A stretch of DNA of 64,000 nucleotides, taken from an uncultured Spirochaetota bacterium. GTDB taxonomy: Bacteria > Spirochaetota > Spirochaetia > SZUA-6 > Fen-1364. Position numbers and translations under genes: made by a program. Below the pieces are notes generated by a model. That model was not told the origin of the DNA and ran no database searches. It saw nothing but the letters and a program-made list of their open reading frames with translations. The number at the start of each line of letters is the position of its first letter. The first letter of the stretch is position 1. This document shows positions 49,931 to 59,527 of this stretch, in pieces. The DNA lies in NCBI GenBank assembly GCA_963745235.1, contig CAVUXE010000044.1:1-64000 (forward strand), in the 5' to 3' direction.

Positions 49931-50185
49931 ATGAGTGAGCCGAGCGAACGTCTCCTCCTTCAGAACGAGGCCGAAGCGTCGCTGCTCCATGGCATCCTGG
50001 AGGAAGACGGCGTTCCGCACATGATCCGCTCCTACCACGACAGGGCGTACGACGGGCTGTGGCAGATGCAGGCGGGATGGGGCTACGTGGAGACCTCGGT
50101 GCGCTTTGCGGGCGGGGTGCGGGCGCTCCTCCAGATGCTTCGGAAGAACCGCCCGTCCTCAGAGCTGGGCAAGGAAGAAGACTAG
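49931..50185 (+). CDS. Small DUF2007-like putative signalling protein
   Basis: NEAEASLLHGILEEDGVPHMIRSYHDRAYDGLWQ. Confidence 0.6.
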   Translation: MSEPSERLLLQNEAEASLLHGILEEDGVPHMIRSYHDRAYDGLWQMQAGWGYVETSVRFAGGVRALLQMLRKNRPSSELGKEED

Positions 50186-51088
50186 ACCAAACAGAAAGAG
50201 TATTGCCGCCCCGGCAATCTCGATGATCCTGCGGATCTTCGCGTCACGCTTTTCATGAGCGCCCGCCACCGCCTTGATGGCGCCCCTTTTCACCAGGATG
50301 ACCACGGCGCCGGTTGCGCTGATCGTCGTGCCCATTCCCAGGGAAATAGAAGACACCGCAAGGATGCTCACGGCCAGCATGTGAAGGGACAGGGCGAACA
50401 GGACCACGGCCACGGCGCCCGGGCATGGTATGACGCCCGCCGGCAGGGCGATTCCCAGGAGATTCCTCATGGTGAGCTCGTTGCCGGGTCCCGGGGGATG
50501 GTCATGCTCCCCGTGGTCGTGGTGGGCGTGGCTGTGTGCCCTCCCCAGGGATCGCCGGACAAGCATCACGGCGCCGATCGCCGTGATCACCGCGAAGGTG
50601 ACGAGCTGGATCCAGTGATTGGCCTGCTCGACTCCTGTGGCAAAGATGCCGCGGATCAGGTAGTAGAGGACAAGGACGACGGCGAGCGCTGAGAGCGCAT
50701 GAACGGCCGCCACCAGGTACCCGATGATGAAGCTCTGCCGGATCTTTCCGTCATTTGCAAGCAGGAATGATGAAACGATGGTCTTTCCATGCCCCGGGCC
50801 GGCCGCGTGGAAGATGCCGTATGCCAGCGCAAGCGCGGCAACGAGGAGGAGCCCGCCCAGGGATTGCGAGCCTTTGAGGGCGCGGGTCATGCTAGCAAGG
50901 CTCTCGCTGAGCATCTTCTGGACAGGGGCCATCACGGAGAAGATGAAGGCGGAAGCCCCCGAGGTGAGCGATGTGAAAACGCCGCTGGGAGGCCGCGTGT
51001 CCCGCGCGGTGAACGGATTGGGAGCCTCCTGCGCAAAGCAGGTGACGGCGGTGAGGAGAGCGGCAAGAAAAAGCGCGGGTCGCTTCAT
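50159..51088 (-). CDS. NiCoT/RcnA-like metal permease (ZevB-like)
   Basis: YGIFHAAGPGHGK, His-rich loop, PCPGA. Confidence 0.88.
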   Translation of the reverse strand: MKRPALFLAALLTAVTCFAQEAPNPFTARDTRPPSGVFTSLTSGASAFIFSVMAPVQKMLSESLASMTRALKGSQSLGGLLLVAALALAYGIFHAAGPGHGKTIVSSFLLANDGKIRQSFIIGYLVAAVHALSALAVVLVLYYLIRGIFATGVEQANHWIQLVTFAVITAIGAVMLVRRSLGRAHSHAHHDHGEHDHPPGPGNELTMRNLLGIALPAGVIPCPGAVAVVLFALSLHMLAVSILAVSSISLGMGTTISATGAVVILVKRGAIKAVAGAHEKRDAKIRRIIEIAGAAILFLFGLVFFLAQL

Positions 51089-51687
51089 GAGATCTCCTTG
51101 AATCGAATGACGAGGTTGTCCGGCATGTACTGCCCGGGCCACAGGGGCTTCACTTTCGTCTTTTCTATGGACAGTCCGACGGAAACGCCGCTGTCGCCCT
51201 TGACGGTGACGTCGTCCGCGTGCATCAGGTCGAAGGCGACGAAGTAGGTGTCGTCATAGACGGTCACCCGCACGGTCTGCTCATCCCCGGTGACGGGAAG
51301 GTCGAGGGGAACGAAGAATGAGTACACCAGCTTGCTGCCTTCCACCACGCTCGGGGTGAACTGCTCGATGCGGATTTTTTTCACCGCCTTCTTGCCGATG
51401 AAAAATGCCAGGAAGTAGTGGTAGTTCTCGAGGTTATCGAAAGCGCCCGCCTTGATGGTGGCGGTCTGTTTCGCGCTGAAGTTCCCGTCCACGTTCGGTT
51501 TGAAGTCCGTGAGGATCATGGCGGAGAACATGTCGTCGAAGGCCCAGCGGAAGGAGATGCCTTTCAGCGTTCCGGCATCGAACAGGACGGTCATCCTGTT
51601 GTTGATGAAGACGTGGGGATGCGCGAAGGCCGAGAACGCCGCCACGAAGGCGAAAAGAAGGACAAACGCCGTCTTGCGGGCCATCAC
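51085..51687 (-). CDS. DUF1007 periplasmic metal-binding protein (ZevA-like)
   Basis: Signal peptide then HPHVFI, W-x-FDDMFS, YDDTYFV. Confidence 0.88.
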   Translation of the reverse strand: MMARKTAFVLLFAFVAAFSAFAHPHVFINNRMTVLFDAGTLKGISFRWAFDDMFSAMILTDFKPNVDGNFSAKQTATIKAGAFDNLENYHYFLAFFIGKKAVKKIRIEQFTPSVVEGSKLVYSFFVPLDLPVTGDEQTVRVTVYDDTYFVAFDLMHADDVTVKGDSGVSVGLSIEKTKVKPLWPGQYMPDNLVIRFKEIS

Positions 51688-52568
51688 CCCGCCTCCCGGA
51701 GGGACCCGTGGGCTTCGACGGCGCCGCCGGCCCGGATGCCGAACCGGGACTCGAGGAACGCGTTCAGCCGTCGGGCGGCATCCAGGATGACGCCTTCGGG
51801 CACGCTTTGCCCGGCTCCGAAGCGCTTCATCACCCTGCTGAAATACTCCGGAGCGTACCTGGTCGGCTGCTGCATGAGATAGGCCTGAAACTCGTTGACG
51901 GCAAGGTAGCGATAATCCCCGTCATAGCCCAGCTCATCCAGAAACCTCCTGAAAAAGGCCCGCGCCCGGGGATCCAGGGAGTCCCAGAGCTGAAAGCAGA
52001 ACGCACGATAGTCCGCGGAAGCAAAGAAGATCCCGTGAAAGGATTCATGGGCAAGAAGCAGCCTGCGCTCGATGGCAGAGGAGGCCCGTGAGATCGAAAT
52101 GACGCCTCCCGCTCCGGGGGCATAGCGGTCACGGACCGTCGTGAGGACTCCTTCCTCCAGGGCGATATCCCTGAGGGTGAGCTCTTCAGGGTCGAGGAGG
52201 AAACCCACCCGCGCGGCGGCGTTGAAGAATGACGACAAACCGTCCGGCCCGTAGTCATGGGCATTCCACCCATGCAGCTTTTCCAGCGTGACGTTGTCCA
52301 GGAGCCGCCCGCGGAAGCCCCGCTTCTCCAGGAAGAAAGCCAGCCGGGAGAACATCCGGTCCTGGAAGCGGTAATCCACGGTGTCAAAGATAAGGACGGA
52401 AGGGAATCGGTCCCAGCGATACAGGCGAAAGAGCGGGTCGCCTTGGTCAGGGGGAGCGCTCAGCACCGACTGCAGGGAGGCGAGCGGCTCCGCAGTGACC
52501 CGCGGTGAACCGGCCACGATCGCAACAAGCGCACAGGACAGGACAAGCCAGCGTCTCACGTCAGTCAC
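51684..52568 (-). CDS. Secreted hypothetical protein with an HExxH motif
   Basis: Signal peptide; LAFFLEKRGF, HGWNAHDY, AHESFH, NEFQAYLMQQ. Confidence 0.7.
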   Translation of the reverse strand: MTDVRRWLVLSCALVAIVAGSPRVTAEPLASLQSVLSAPPDQGDPLFRLYRWDRFPSVLIFDTVDYRFQDRMFSRLAFFLEKRGFRGRLLDNVTLEKLHGWNAHDYGPDGLSSFFNAAARVGFLLDPEELTLRDIALEEGVLTTVRDRYAPGAGGVISISRASSAIERRLLLAHESFHGIFFASADYRAFCFQLWDSLDPRARAFFRRFLDELGYDGDYRYLAVNEFQAYLMQQPTRYAPEYFSRVMKRFGAGQSVPEGVILDAARRLNAFLESRFGIRAGGAVEAHGSLREAG

Positions 52569-52685
52569 AGCAGCTCTGTACAGCGCCCCTTCACTCTAGA
52601 GTATCGTCACAGAATTGTTCTTGTTCAACCCGTGCACACCGCGGCGCTTGTTGCCCGCCGGGGCATGCGGGGCTACACTGGTCGC

Positions 52686-53483
52686 ATGGACCTTGCCTAC
52701 CGGGACCTCGGCGGCGAGGGGCCGCCCATCGTTTTCCTGCACGGCCTCTTCGGCTCCTCCCAGAACTGGGTCGGAATGGGCCGCCGTCTTTCGGGCCTCG
52801 GCCGCTGCCTGCTCCTGGACCTTCGAAATCACGGGGATTCTCCGCACGCACCCGAGCATTCCCTGGAAAGCTGCGTGGAGGATGTCCTGGAGTGGGCGCA
52901 CCTGCACGCTCCCGGCCCCCTTCGGCTGATCGGTCACTCAATGGGCGGGCTGGTGGCCATGGGGTTCGCCATTCTTCAGCCCGAGACGACTGAGGCCGTC
53001 GTTTCGATCGACATGGCTCCGCGCGGATACCCCCGGGCCCACGAAGCTGAGTTTCGGGCTTTTCATGCGGACATCAGCGCGTGCCGATCACGCGCGGAGC
53101 TGGATGGGCTGCTCGCTCCGCTCCTTGCGGACACGGCAACTCGGCAGTTCATCATGACAAACGCGGTCCGCGACGGCTCCGGCTTTCGGTGGCGGCTGAA
53201 CGTGCCCGCCCTCGAGTCATCCACCATAAGCTCTGACTTCTCGCACGTCAGCGGGCGGTTCGACGGGCCAGCGCTCTTTGTGTCAGGGGGAAGGTCGTCA
53301 TATGTCACACAGGCTGATCTCCTTGTCATGCGCCGGCATTTCCCCGCGGCGGTCATTGAGACCGTCCCCCAGGCGGATCACTGGATTCACATCAGCGCCC
53401 CGGAGGAGCTTGCAGGCATCCTGACGGGTTTTTTCAGCGGCTCGACGGCAGATGCAATAAAAGGGCGGGGTTTCCGTCCTTGA
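52686..53483 (+). CDS. Alpha/beta hydrolase (YbfF-like esterase)
   Basis: LHGLFGSSQNW, DLRNHGDS, GHSMGG, HWIH. Confidence 0.92.
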   Translation: MDLAYRDLGGEGPPIVFLHGLFGSSQNWVGMGRRLSGLGRCLLLDLRNHGDSPHAPEHSLESCVEDVLEWAHLHAPGPLRLIGHSMGGLVAMGFAILQPETTEAVVSIDMAPRGYPRAHEAEFRAFHADISACRSRAELDGLLAPLLADTATRQFIMTNAVRDGSGFRWRLNVPALESSTISSDFSHVSGRFDGPALFVSGGRSSYVTQADLLVMRRHFPAAVIETVPQADHWIHISAPEELAGILTGFFSGSTADAIKGRGFRP

Positions 53484-53487
53484 TGGC

Positions 53488-54000
53488 ATGAGCGCGGATA
53501 CGCAGAGGAAGCGGATCACGGACTTCATCGCAGCCGAATGGCATTCGCTGGTCGGCTACGTACGCTCATGGATCGAGGACAGCGGGGACAGGGATGCGGA
53601 AGACATCGTCCAGGACGTCGTGGTCGGCATCTTCGAGAAGGCCGACGTGACGGCGCCCATAGCGGACCTTGCCGCCTATGTCTACCGATCCCTGCGAAAC
53701 CGCATTGTGGACGCCTACCGGGCGGCCCCGAAAAAGGCAGTGGCCCTGACCGAACCGGTGCTGGATGAGCGGTACGAGGCGTCCATGGCGGCTGAGTGGA
53801 AAGAGAACAGGGAAAAGCTGCTGGAAGCTATCGAGTCCCTGGTTCCCGCGCAGAAGTCCGTGCTGGTAGCGACAGAGCTGGAAGGGAGAAGCTTCCGGGA
53901 GCTCTCGGAGGAATGGGACGTCCCCATCGGAACCCTTCTGGCGCGGAAGCACCGGGCCATCCACGCCTTGCGAAAGGCGCTCGAGGGAGGAACTGTATGA
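53488..54000 (+). CDS. ECF RNA polymerase sigma factor
   Basis: DAEDIVQDV, RNRIVD, SFRELSE...PIGTLLARKHRA. Confidence 0.92.
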   Translation: MSADTQRKRITDFIAAEWHSLVGYVRSWIEDSGDRDAEDIVQDVVVGIFEKADVTAPIADLAAYVYRSLRNRIVDAYRAAPKKAVALTEPVLDERYEASMAAEWKENREKLLEAIESLVPAQKSVLVATELEGRSFRELSEEWDVPIGTLLARKHRAIHALRKALEGGTV

Positions 54001-54491
54001 CGGAAGAGGCAAAACAGGGCTGGCACATGAGCCCGCATTCTCACCGCCCCGGCCTGCGCGGGCTGCGCATCGCGGGAATGGTGCTTGCCGGCGTGATCTT
54101 CGCCGCGGTCTTCGCGCTTGTTTTCGGCTGGCTCGTGATGATCCTGTGGAACTGGATCATGCCGCCGATCTTCCACCTGGGAGAGATCGGCTACTGGCAG
54201 GGTTTCGGGATCCTGCTCCTTGCAAAAATCATCTTCGGGGCCCTGGGCAGCCGCGGGCCCGGCCACGGTCCCTCGCGGGGCTGGGGCGGGAACCCCTTCA
54301 GGAAAGAGTCGTGGCACAGGGGTGACTGGCGTGAGGACAGGGAGTGGTGGCGCTACGCGCATGACTTCTGGAAGGAAGAGGGCAAGGAGGCGTTCGAGCG
54401 GTTCATGGACCGAAAGAAAGCCGCCAGCTCCGACGCTCAGGCGGGCGGCGCGGCCGCGGAGGCCGGACCGGCAGGGCCCGCAAAAGCGTGA
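53997..54491 (+). CDS. Membrane protein co-transcribed with the ECF sigma
   Basis: ATGA overlap; VMILWNWIMPPIFHLGEIGYWQGFGILLLAKIIFG. Confidence 0.8.
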   Translation: MTEEAKQGWHMSPHSHRPGLRGLRIAGMVLAGVIFAAVFALVFGWLVMILWNWIMPPIFHLGEIGYWQGFGILLLAKIIFGALGSRGPGHGPSRGWGGNPFRKESWHRGDWREDREWWRYAHDFWKEEGKEAFERFMDRKKAASSDAQAGGAAAEAGPAGPAKA

Positions 54492-54504
54492 GCTGGTGAA
54501 GGAC

Positions 54505-54532
54505 GGGGAGGCTGGGGCCTCCCCCTTTTTTT
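54505..54532 (+). terminator. Rho-independent terminator
   Basis: GGGGAGGC-TGGG-GCCTCCCC followed by a T-run. Confidence 0.88.
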
Positions 54533-54607
54533 GTGGTGGTCTACTGATGCGGGGTAGCGGGAGCGGCAGTTGACAGCTCTTTCCGGGCGTCCTAAGGTGG
54601 CGAACGC

Positions 54608-55483
54608 ATGAAGAGGGGCTTCGAAGACGCCCAGGAGAGACTTGCCGTCTGGATGGGGATCATCGGGAACGTGATCCTCTTCGCAGGCAAGGTCCTCGTG
54701 GGCTTTTCTTTCAACTCCATCGCCATCATCTCAGACTCCTTCAATTCCCTCGCAGACATCATCGCCTCGACAATCGTATTCGTGAGCATCAGGAGCTCGT
54801 ATCAGGGCCCGGACGCGGACCATCCCTTCGGGCACAAGCGCGCCCAGCCGATTGCCGGCCTCGTGGTTGCCATCTTCATGGGGATCGTCGGCTTCGAGAT
54901 CATCACCCAGTCGGTGACGCGCCTGTTCACGGGAGAGCAGATCCTGAAAGGCATTCTCCCGATCGTGGTCCTGGCCTGCGTGCTGGTGATCAAGCTCGGA
55001 ATGCACCTGTACGCTCGGATCACGGCGACGCGGACGGGCAGCACCGCCCTCATGGCGTCAGCCACGGATCACCGAAACGACGTCCTCATCTCGGGCGCGG
55101 TCATTCTGGGCGTCGGGGCATCCAACCTCGGTTTCCCCATATTCGATCCCATCGCCGCGATCCTGGTCGGCCTGTGGATCATCCGCTCGGGTTTCACCAT
55201 CGGCAGGTCGAATGTCAAGTACCTGATGGGAGAGGCTCCGCCGGCCGTCATGGTGGACGCAATCAAGACCTGCGCGCGGGGAGTGCCCGGCGTGCAGGGC
55301 CTGCATGACGTGTCCGCACACTACGTGGGCACCTCCGTCGAAGTGGAGATCCATGTGGACGTGGACCGGCGTCTCTCCGTCGAGCAGGCCCACGATATCG
55401 GGGAGAAAGTCCAGCTGGAGATCGAGCGCGTGGACGGGATCTCACGCGCTTTCGTTCACATCGACCCGCTGGAGGTCAGGTAG
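54608..55483 (+). CDS. Cation diffusion facilitator (FieF-like)
   Basis: SDSFNSLAD, DADHPFGH, DHRND, FVHIDP; upstream TTGACA-N17-TAAGGT. Confidence 0.92.
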   Translation: MKRGFEDAQERLAVWMGIIGNVILFAGKVLVGFSFNSIAIISDSFNSLADIIASTIVFVSIRSSYQGPDADHPFGHKRAQPIAGLVVAIFMGIVGFEIITQSVTRLFTGEQILKGILPIVVLACVLVIKLGMHLYARITATRTGSTALMASATDHRNDVLISGAVILGVGASNLGFPIFDPIAAILVGLWIIRSGFTIGRSNVKYLMGEAPPAVMVDAIKTCARGVPGVQGLHDVSAHYVGTSVEVEIHVDVDRRLSVEQAHDIGEKVQLEIERVDGISRAFVHIDPLEVR

Positions 55484-55499
55484 AGCCCGAACCGGCGGT

Positions 55500-56366
55500 C
55501 TAGCCCTTCACCGATCCCGCCAACAGGCCGCTCATGAAGTAGCGGCTGAGGAAGATGTAGATGAGCATGGTGGGGAGGGCGGCAATGAGCGCCCCTGCCA
55601 TCTGCACGTTCCATTCGACGAAATAGCTGCCAGCAAGATTGTTCAGGGCTACGGTGATGGGCTGCAGCGACGGGCTGCTCGTCACGATCAGGCCGAAGAG
55701 GAAGTCGTTCCAGATCGAGGTGAATTGCCAGATCATGACAACGACAAAGCCCGGAAGCGACAGCGGGAAAAGAATGTTCGCGTAGATGGTGAGGATCCCC
55801 GCCCCGTCGATCTTGCTCGCCTCCAGGAGCTCGTCGGGAATGACGGCGTAGTAATTCCGGAAGATCAGGGTGGTGATGGGAATCCCATAGACCACGTGGA
55901 CGAAGATCAGCCCTCCCCGGGTTCCGTAGAGGCCGATATTTTCAAGCACCTGGACCAGGGGAATGAGAATGCTCTGATACGGAATGAACATGCCGAACAG
56001 GAGCAGCGGGAAGACGACGTTCGCGCCGCGAAAACGCCACTTGGACAGCACATAGCCGTTCAGGGAGCCCAGGAAGGCGGATAGCAGCGTCGCGGGAACG
56101 GTGATGTAGACGCTGTTCATGAAGTTCGCGGCAAGCCCGTTCATGCCCTGGGCCTCCGAGCCGAGCCATGCCTTGGCAAAGCTCGCGAGGCTGAGCGTCC
56201 GCGGGAACCTCCACATGGTAGCGAGGCTCACCTCCCGGAAGCTCTTGAAGCCCGTGACGAGCTGCAGGTAGATCGGTCCAAGGAAGAGCAGGGAGCCAAT
56301 GATCAGGATGCAATAGACGATCACCGTGCCGGGACGGATTGCTCGGCGGGAGGCGAGCGCCGTCAT
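55500..56366 (-). CDS. Carbohydrate ABC transporter permease
   Basis: ELLEASKIDGA, FIPYQSILIPL, QFTSIWNDFLFG. Confidence 0.92.
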   Translation of the reverse strand: MTALASRRAIRPGTVIVYCILIIGSLLFLGPIYLQLVTGFKSFREVSLATMWRFPRTLSLASFAKAWLGSEAQGMNGLAANFMNSVYITVPATLLSAFLGSLNGYVLSKWRFRGANVVFPLLLFGMFIPYQSILIPLVQVLENIGLYGTRGGLIFVHVVYGIPITTLIFRNYYAVIPDELLEASKIDGAGILTIYANILFPLSLPGFVVVMIWQFTSIWNDFLFGLIVTSSPSLQPITVALNNLAGSYFVEWNVQMAGALIAALPTMLIYIFLSRYFMSGLLAGSVKG

Positions 56367-57361
56367 GTATGCACCTCCCGGCGCGTGGATGAAACCAGGT
56401 AGGGAATGATGAGAAGAGCCACCACGAACAGCAGAAGGATCGCGATTGCCGCTCCCTGCGCGAAGTTGTTGCCGCGGAACGTCGTGTCCCACATGTAGAA
56501 GGCCGGCACGTCGGTGGCAAACGCGGGCCCCGGCCCTGTCATAGACACGACAAGGTCGAAGATCTTCAGCGATATGTGCCCCAGCACGATGAGAGCGCTG
56601 AGGGTGACCGGCCGGATCATGGGAAGGATGACGCGTCGATAGATCTGCAGCTCGGAGGCCCCGTCCACGCGGGCCGCCTCCCTCATTTCCGTGGGAATCC
56701 CGCGAAGAGCGGCAAGGTACATGGCCATGGTGTAGCCGGACATCTGCCACGTGGCGGCGATCACAACGGATATCATGGCGAGGGAAACGCCAATGTAGGG
56801 GCTCGCAAGCCCGCCGAGACCGATGTGACCCAGGAAAGCTCCGAAGCCTGAATCAGGATGGACGTACAGGATGGTGGGATCGGTGAACCACCCCCATTTC
56901 AGGAAGCCGAGCCCGAGCTTCTCGAAGATCAGGTTGACTCCCAGGGCCCCTGTCTGGGAGCTTCCAGGACTGAGGATCCACCTCCACAGCACCCCGGTGA
57001 CGATATAGGAGATTGCCATGGGGAAGAGGAAGAGGTTGCGGAATATCCCCTCCCCCTTGATGTGCCTGTCCAGGAGAATTGCCAGGGCAAGACCGAGCAC
57101 GATGGACCCGATCAGGAAAAGGACCGTGAAAGTGACCGTGTTTCGCAGGTCGCAGAGGAAACGATCCGTGGGAACGGTGCCGAAGAGCCTCTGGTAGTTA
57201 TGCAGGCCGACGAATGTGAAATTCGGCTCCAGCGAGTCCCACTTTGTCAGAGAGGCGAACCCGGTAAATCCAATGAAGCCGTACACGAAGACTGCAATCA
57301 GGATTATCGACGGCGCAACCAGGGCAAAAGAGATTGCGCGGTCCCTCGTGACTCCCTTCAT
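56363..57361 (-). CDS. Carbohydrate ABC transporter permease
   Basis: FPMAISYIVTG, WQMSGY, EAARVDGA. Confidence 0.92.
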   Translation of the reverse strand: MKGVTRDRAISFALVAPSIILIAVFVYGFIGFTGFASLTKWDSLEPNFTFVGLHNYQRLFGTVPTDRFLCDLRNTVTFTVLFLIGSIVLGLALAILLDRHIKGEGIFRNLFLFPMAISYIVTGVLWRWILSPGSSQTGALGVNLIFEKLGLGFLKWGWFTDPTILYVHPDSGFGAFLGHIGLGGLASPYIGVSLAMISVVIAATWQMSGYTMAMYLAALRGIPTEMREAARVDGASELQIYRRVILPMIRPVTLSALIVLGHISLKIFDLVVSMTGPGPAFATDVPAFYMWDTTFRGNNFAQGAAIAILLLFVVALLIIPYLVSSTRREVHT

Positions 57362-57373
57362 GGCGCCTCCCCT

Positions 57374-57405
57374 GAAAAAACCTGCCAGGCTTGGGGCCTG
57401 GCAGG
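57374..57405 (-). terminator. Intercistronic hairpin or partial terminator after the binding-protein gene
   Basis: CCTGCCAGGC-loop-GCCTGGCAGG followed by T6 on the minus strand. Confidence 0.75.
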
Positions 57406-57435
57406 AAGTGACACGCTATCCGAGCGAGACGTGAT

Positions 57436-58686
57436 CTACATCGCGAGGTTGTCGGTAGCCGCCTGATCAAGCGCCTTCTGAGCAGCTTCGACATCGCCCT
57501 TTGTCGCGAAGGTGGCAAGGATGTCCTTGTACACCGTGGCCCATTTCTCCTTTGCCGCGGCGCCGTGGACGACGCTCGGCACGATGGGCTCGGAGGTCCA
57601 GTCCTTCATTGCGGACTGGGAATAGGGATTGAACAGCGAGGGATCAACGTCCGTGCGGGCAGGAATGGAGCCCTTCAGGGGGTTGAACGCCGCCTGGCCT
57701 GCCTGTGAGCCGCAGACCTTCAGCCAGTTCATGGCGTTCTGCATGTCAGGAGCTCCCTTGGGCACCGCGAAGCTGTCCGAGAGGCCATCAAAGATCTTGG
57801 GCCCGGGGACGCATTCCCAGCCGTAGTCCGTGAAGTTCTGGGAAATGAACCAGCCGTTGACCCAGTCTCCCATGATCATCATGGCAGCCTTGTTTGTGAT
57901 GAAGTACTGCCCCAACGCCCCATCCCAGGTGAGCGCGGCGTTGTCCGTGTTCGTATCAGCGAGCATCCTCTTCAGGATGTTCAACGCATCCGCAACCTTG
58001 GGATCAGTCCACTTGGTAGCTCCAGTCCACAGGCCCTTGTAGCCGTCCGGCCCGAGAACGGACACCAGGATTGTCTCGAAGTTGTGCGAGGCCTCGTACC
58101 CATCCTTTGAGCCAAATGCGAGAGGGATGATCTTCCTGGCCTTCAGGGCCTTGGCCACCTTGAAATACTCGTCCCACGTCGTTGGAGGCTGCAGCTTGGC
58201 GTCGGCAAACACCTTCTTGTTATACCAGAGGATGTTCGCTCGGTGGATGTTGACGGGAACGCCCCAGTAGTGCCCCTTGTACTGCAGCAGGCTCAGGAGG
58301 TCCTTCGGGAACACCTTGTCCAGGCCCTCTGATGTATAGAAGGAATCCAGTGGCAGGACGTACTTTTCGGGATCATACTTTTCGACCTCCAGACCCGCGT
58401 GAAGCTGGAACGCGTCTGGGGGTTTGCCGCCGGTCAGTCGTGTCGCGAGAACAGCCTTGGCGTTTGTTCCCGCGCCGCCGGCGACTGCCGCGTTGATGAT
58501 CTGCACATTCGGGTACTGTTTGTGGTAGATGTCGAAAAGGGCCTTGAGGCCTTCTCCTTCCCCCCCGACCGTCCACCAGGAAAAGATCTCCAGCTTGTTG
58601 CTCTTTCCTCCGCCGCAGGTGACCAGAGCGAGAGAGAAGCAGAGGACGAGGACAATGCTGAAGACGGAAATGAGTCTTCGGATCAT
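57436..58686 (-). CDS. Sugar ABC substrate-binding lipoprotein (glucose/mannose type)
   Basis: KLEIFSWW, VAGGAG, VPVNIHR, IMGDW, LSDSF, PLKGSIPAR. Confidence 0.88.
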   Translation of the reverse strand: MIRRLISVFSIVLVLCFSLALVTCGGGKSNKLEIFSWWTVGGEGEGLKALFDIYHKQYPNVQIINAAVAGGAGTNAKAVLATRLTGGKPPDAFQLHAGLEVEKYDPEKYVLPLDSFYTSEGLDKVFPKDLLSLLQYKGHYWGVPVNIHRANILWYNKKVFADAKLQPPTTWDEYFKVAKALKARKIIPLAFGSKDGYEASHNFETILVSVLGPDGYKGLWTGATKWTDPKVADALNILKRMLADTNTDNAALTWDGALGQYFITNKAAMMIMGDWVNGWFISQNFTDYGWECVPGPKIFDGLSDSFAVPKGAPDMQNAMNWLKVCGSQAGQAAFNPLKGSIPARTDVDPSLFNPYSQSAMKDWTSEPIVPSVVHGAAAKEKWATVYKDILATFATKGDVEAAQKALDQAATDNLAM

Positions 58687-58733
58687 GGATCAGCCCTCCT
58701 TCCTTTGAGTGGAGCTAGACTTTAAATCATCAT

Positions 58734-58763
58734 TACCGTAGGTCCATGATTCCGAGTTGTCAA
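58734..58763 (-). promoter_or_regulatory. Sigma70 promoter of the sugar ABC operon
   Basis: TTGACA-N17-TACGGT on the minus strand. Confidence 0.55.
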
Positions 58764-58770
58764 GCCGGTT

Positions 58771-59403
58771 TCAGGCCACCTCGGCGGAAGTGACCAGTCG
58801 GACGCCCTCGGCCTCCATTTCCCTCCAGGCCTTTGCAACGCTCCCCTTCGGAAAATCCACGCCCCGGCAGGCGTCGCGGACCACCGAGACTTCGAACCCG
58901 AGCCTCCGCGCGTCCAGGGCGGAAGCGCGCACGCAATAGTCCGTTGCCAGGCCGCACAGGAAGAGCTGCCGGGTCCCCAGGCCCTCGAGGTAGTACCTCA
59001 GGCCGGTATCCGTTCGATGATCGTTTTCGAAAAATGCGGAATACGAATCCAGCCTGCGCCGCAGCCCCTTGCGAAGCACCAGCTCGATTCTCCCGACGGA
59101 AAGGAGCGGAAAAAGGTCGGCACCCCTGGTCCCCTGGACGCAATGGTCAGGCCAGAGCACCTGCTCCACCCCGTCCGCGTCCACCACGTCGAGCACTTTC
59201 CGTCCGGGATGGCTGGACGCAAAGGAGACGTGGTCTTTCGGGTGCCAGTCCTGCGTGGCGACCACCCGGTCGAAGAGGGGCATCAGCCGGTTGATGATTG
59301 GAGCAACCTGGTCCCCCTCCTCCACCGCCAGGCTTCCCCCGGGGCAGAAGTCGTTCTGAACGTCCACGACCAGGAGCGCACGGGCGCCGCTTTGTCCTGC
59401 CAT
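58771..59403 (-). CDS. pncA: Nicotinamidase/pyrazinamidase
   Basis: VDVQNDFCPGGSLAV, TQDWHP, WPDHC, DSYSAF, GLATDYCV. Confidence 0.95.
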   Translation of the reverse strand: MAGQSGARALLVVDVQNDFCPGGSLAVEEGDQVAPIINRLMPLFDRVVATQDWHPKDHVSFASSHPGRKVLDVVDADGVEQVLWPDHCVQGTRGADLFPLLSVGRIELVLRKGLRRRLDSYSAFFENDHRTDTGLRYYLEGLGTRQLFLCGLATDYCVRASALDARRLGFEVSVVRDACRGVDFPKGSVAKAWREMEAEGVRLVTSAEVA

Positions 59404-59527
59404 GGTTCGCCTCCGTTGTCAATGTATATCCTGGGGCCTTGCCATGAAAGGGCCCGCGCCCGGTTCGCTGCGTTGCCCGCTTCGGCGCGGCTTGGACGAA
59501 ATCCCTCCGCTTTCGTACATTTGAGGG

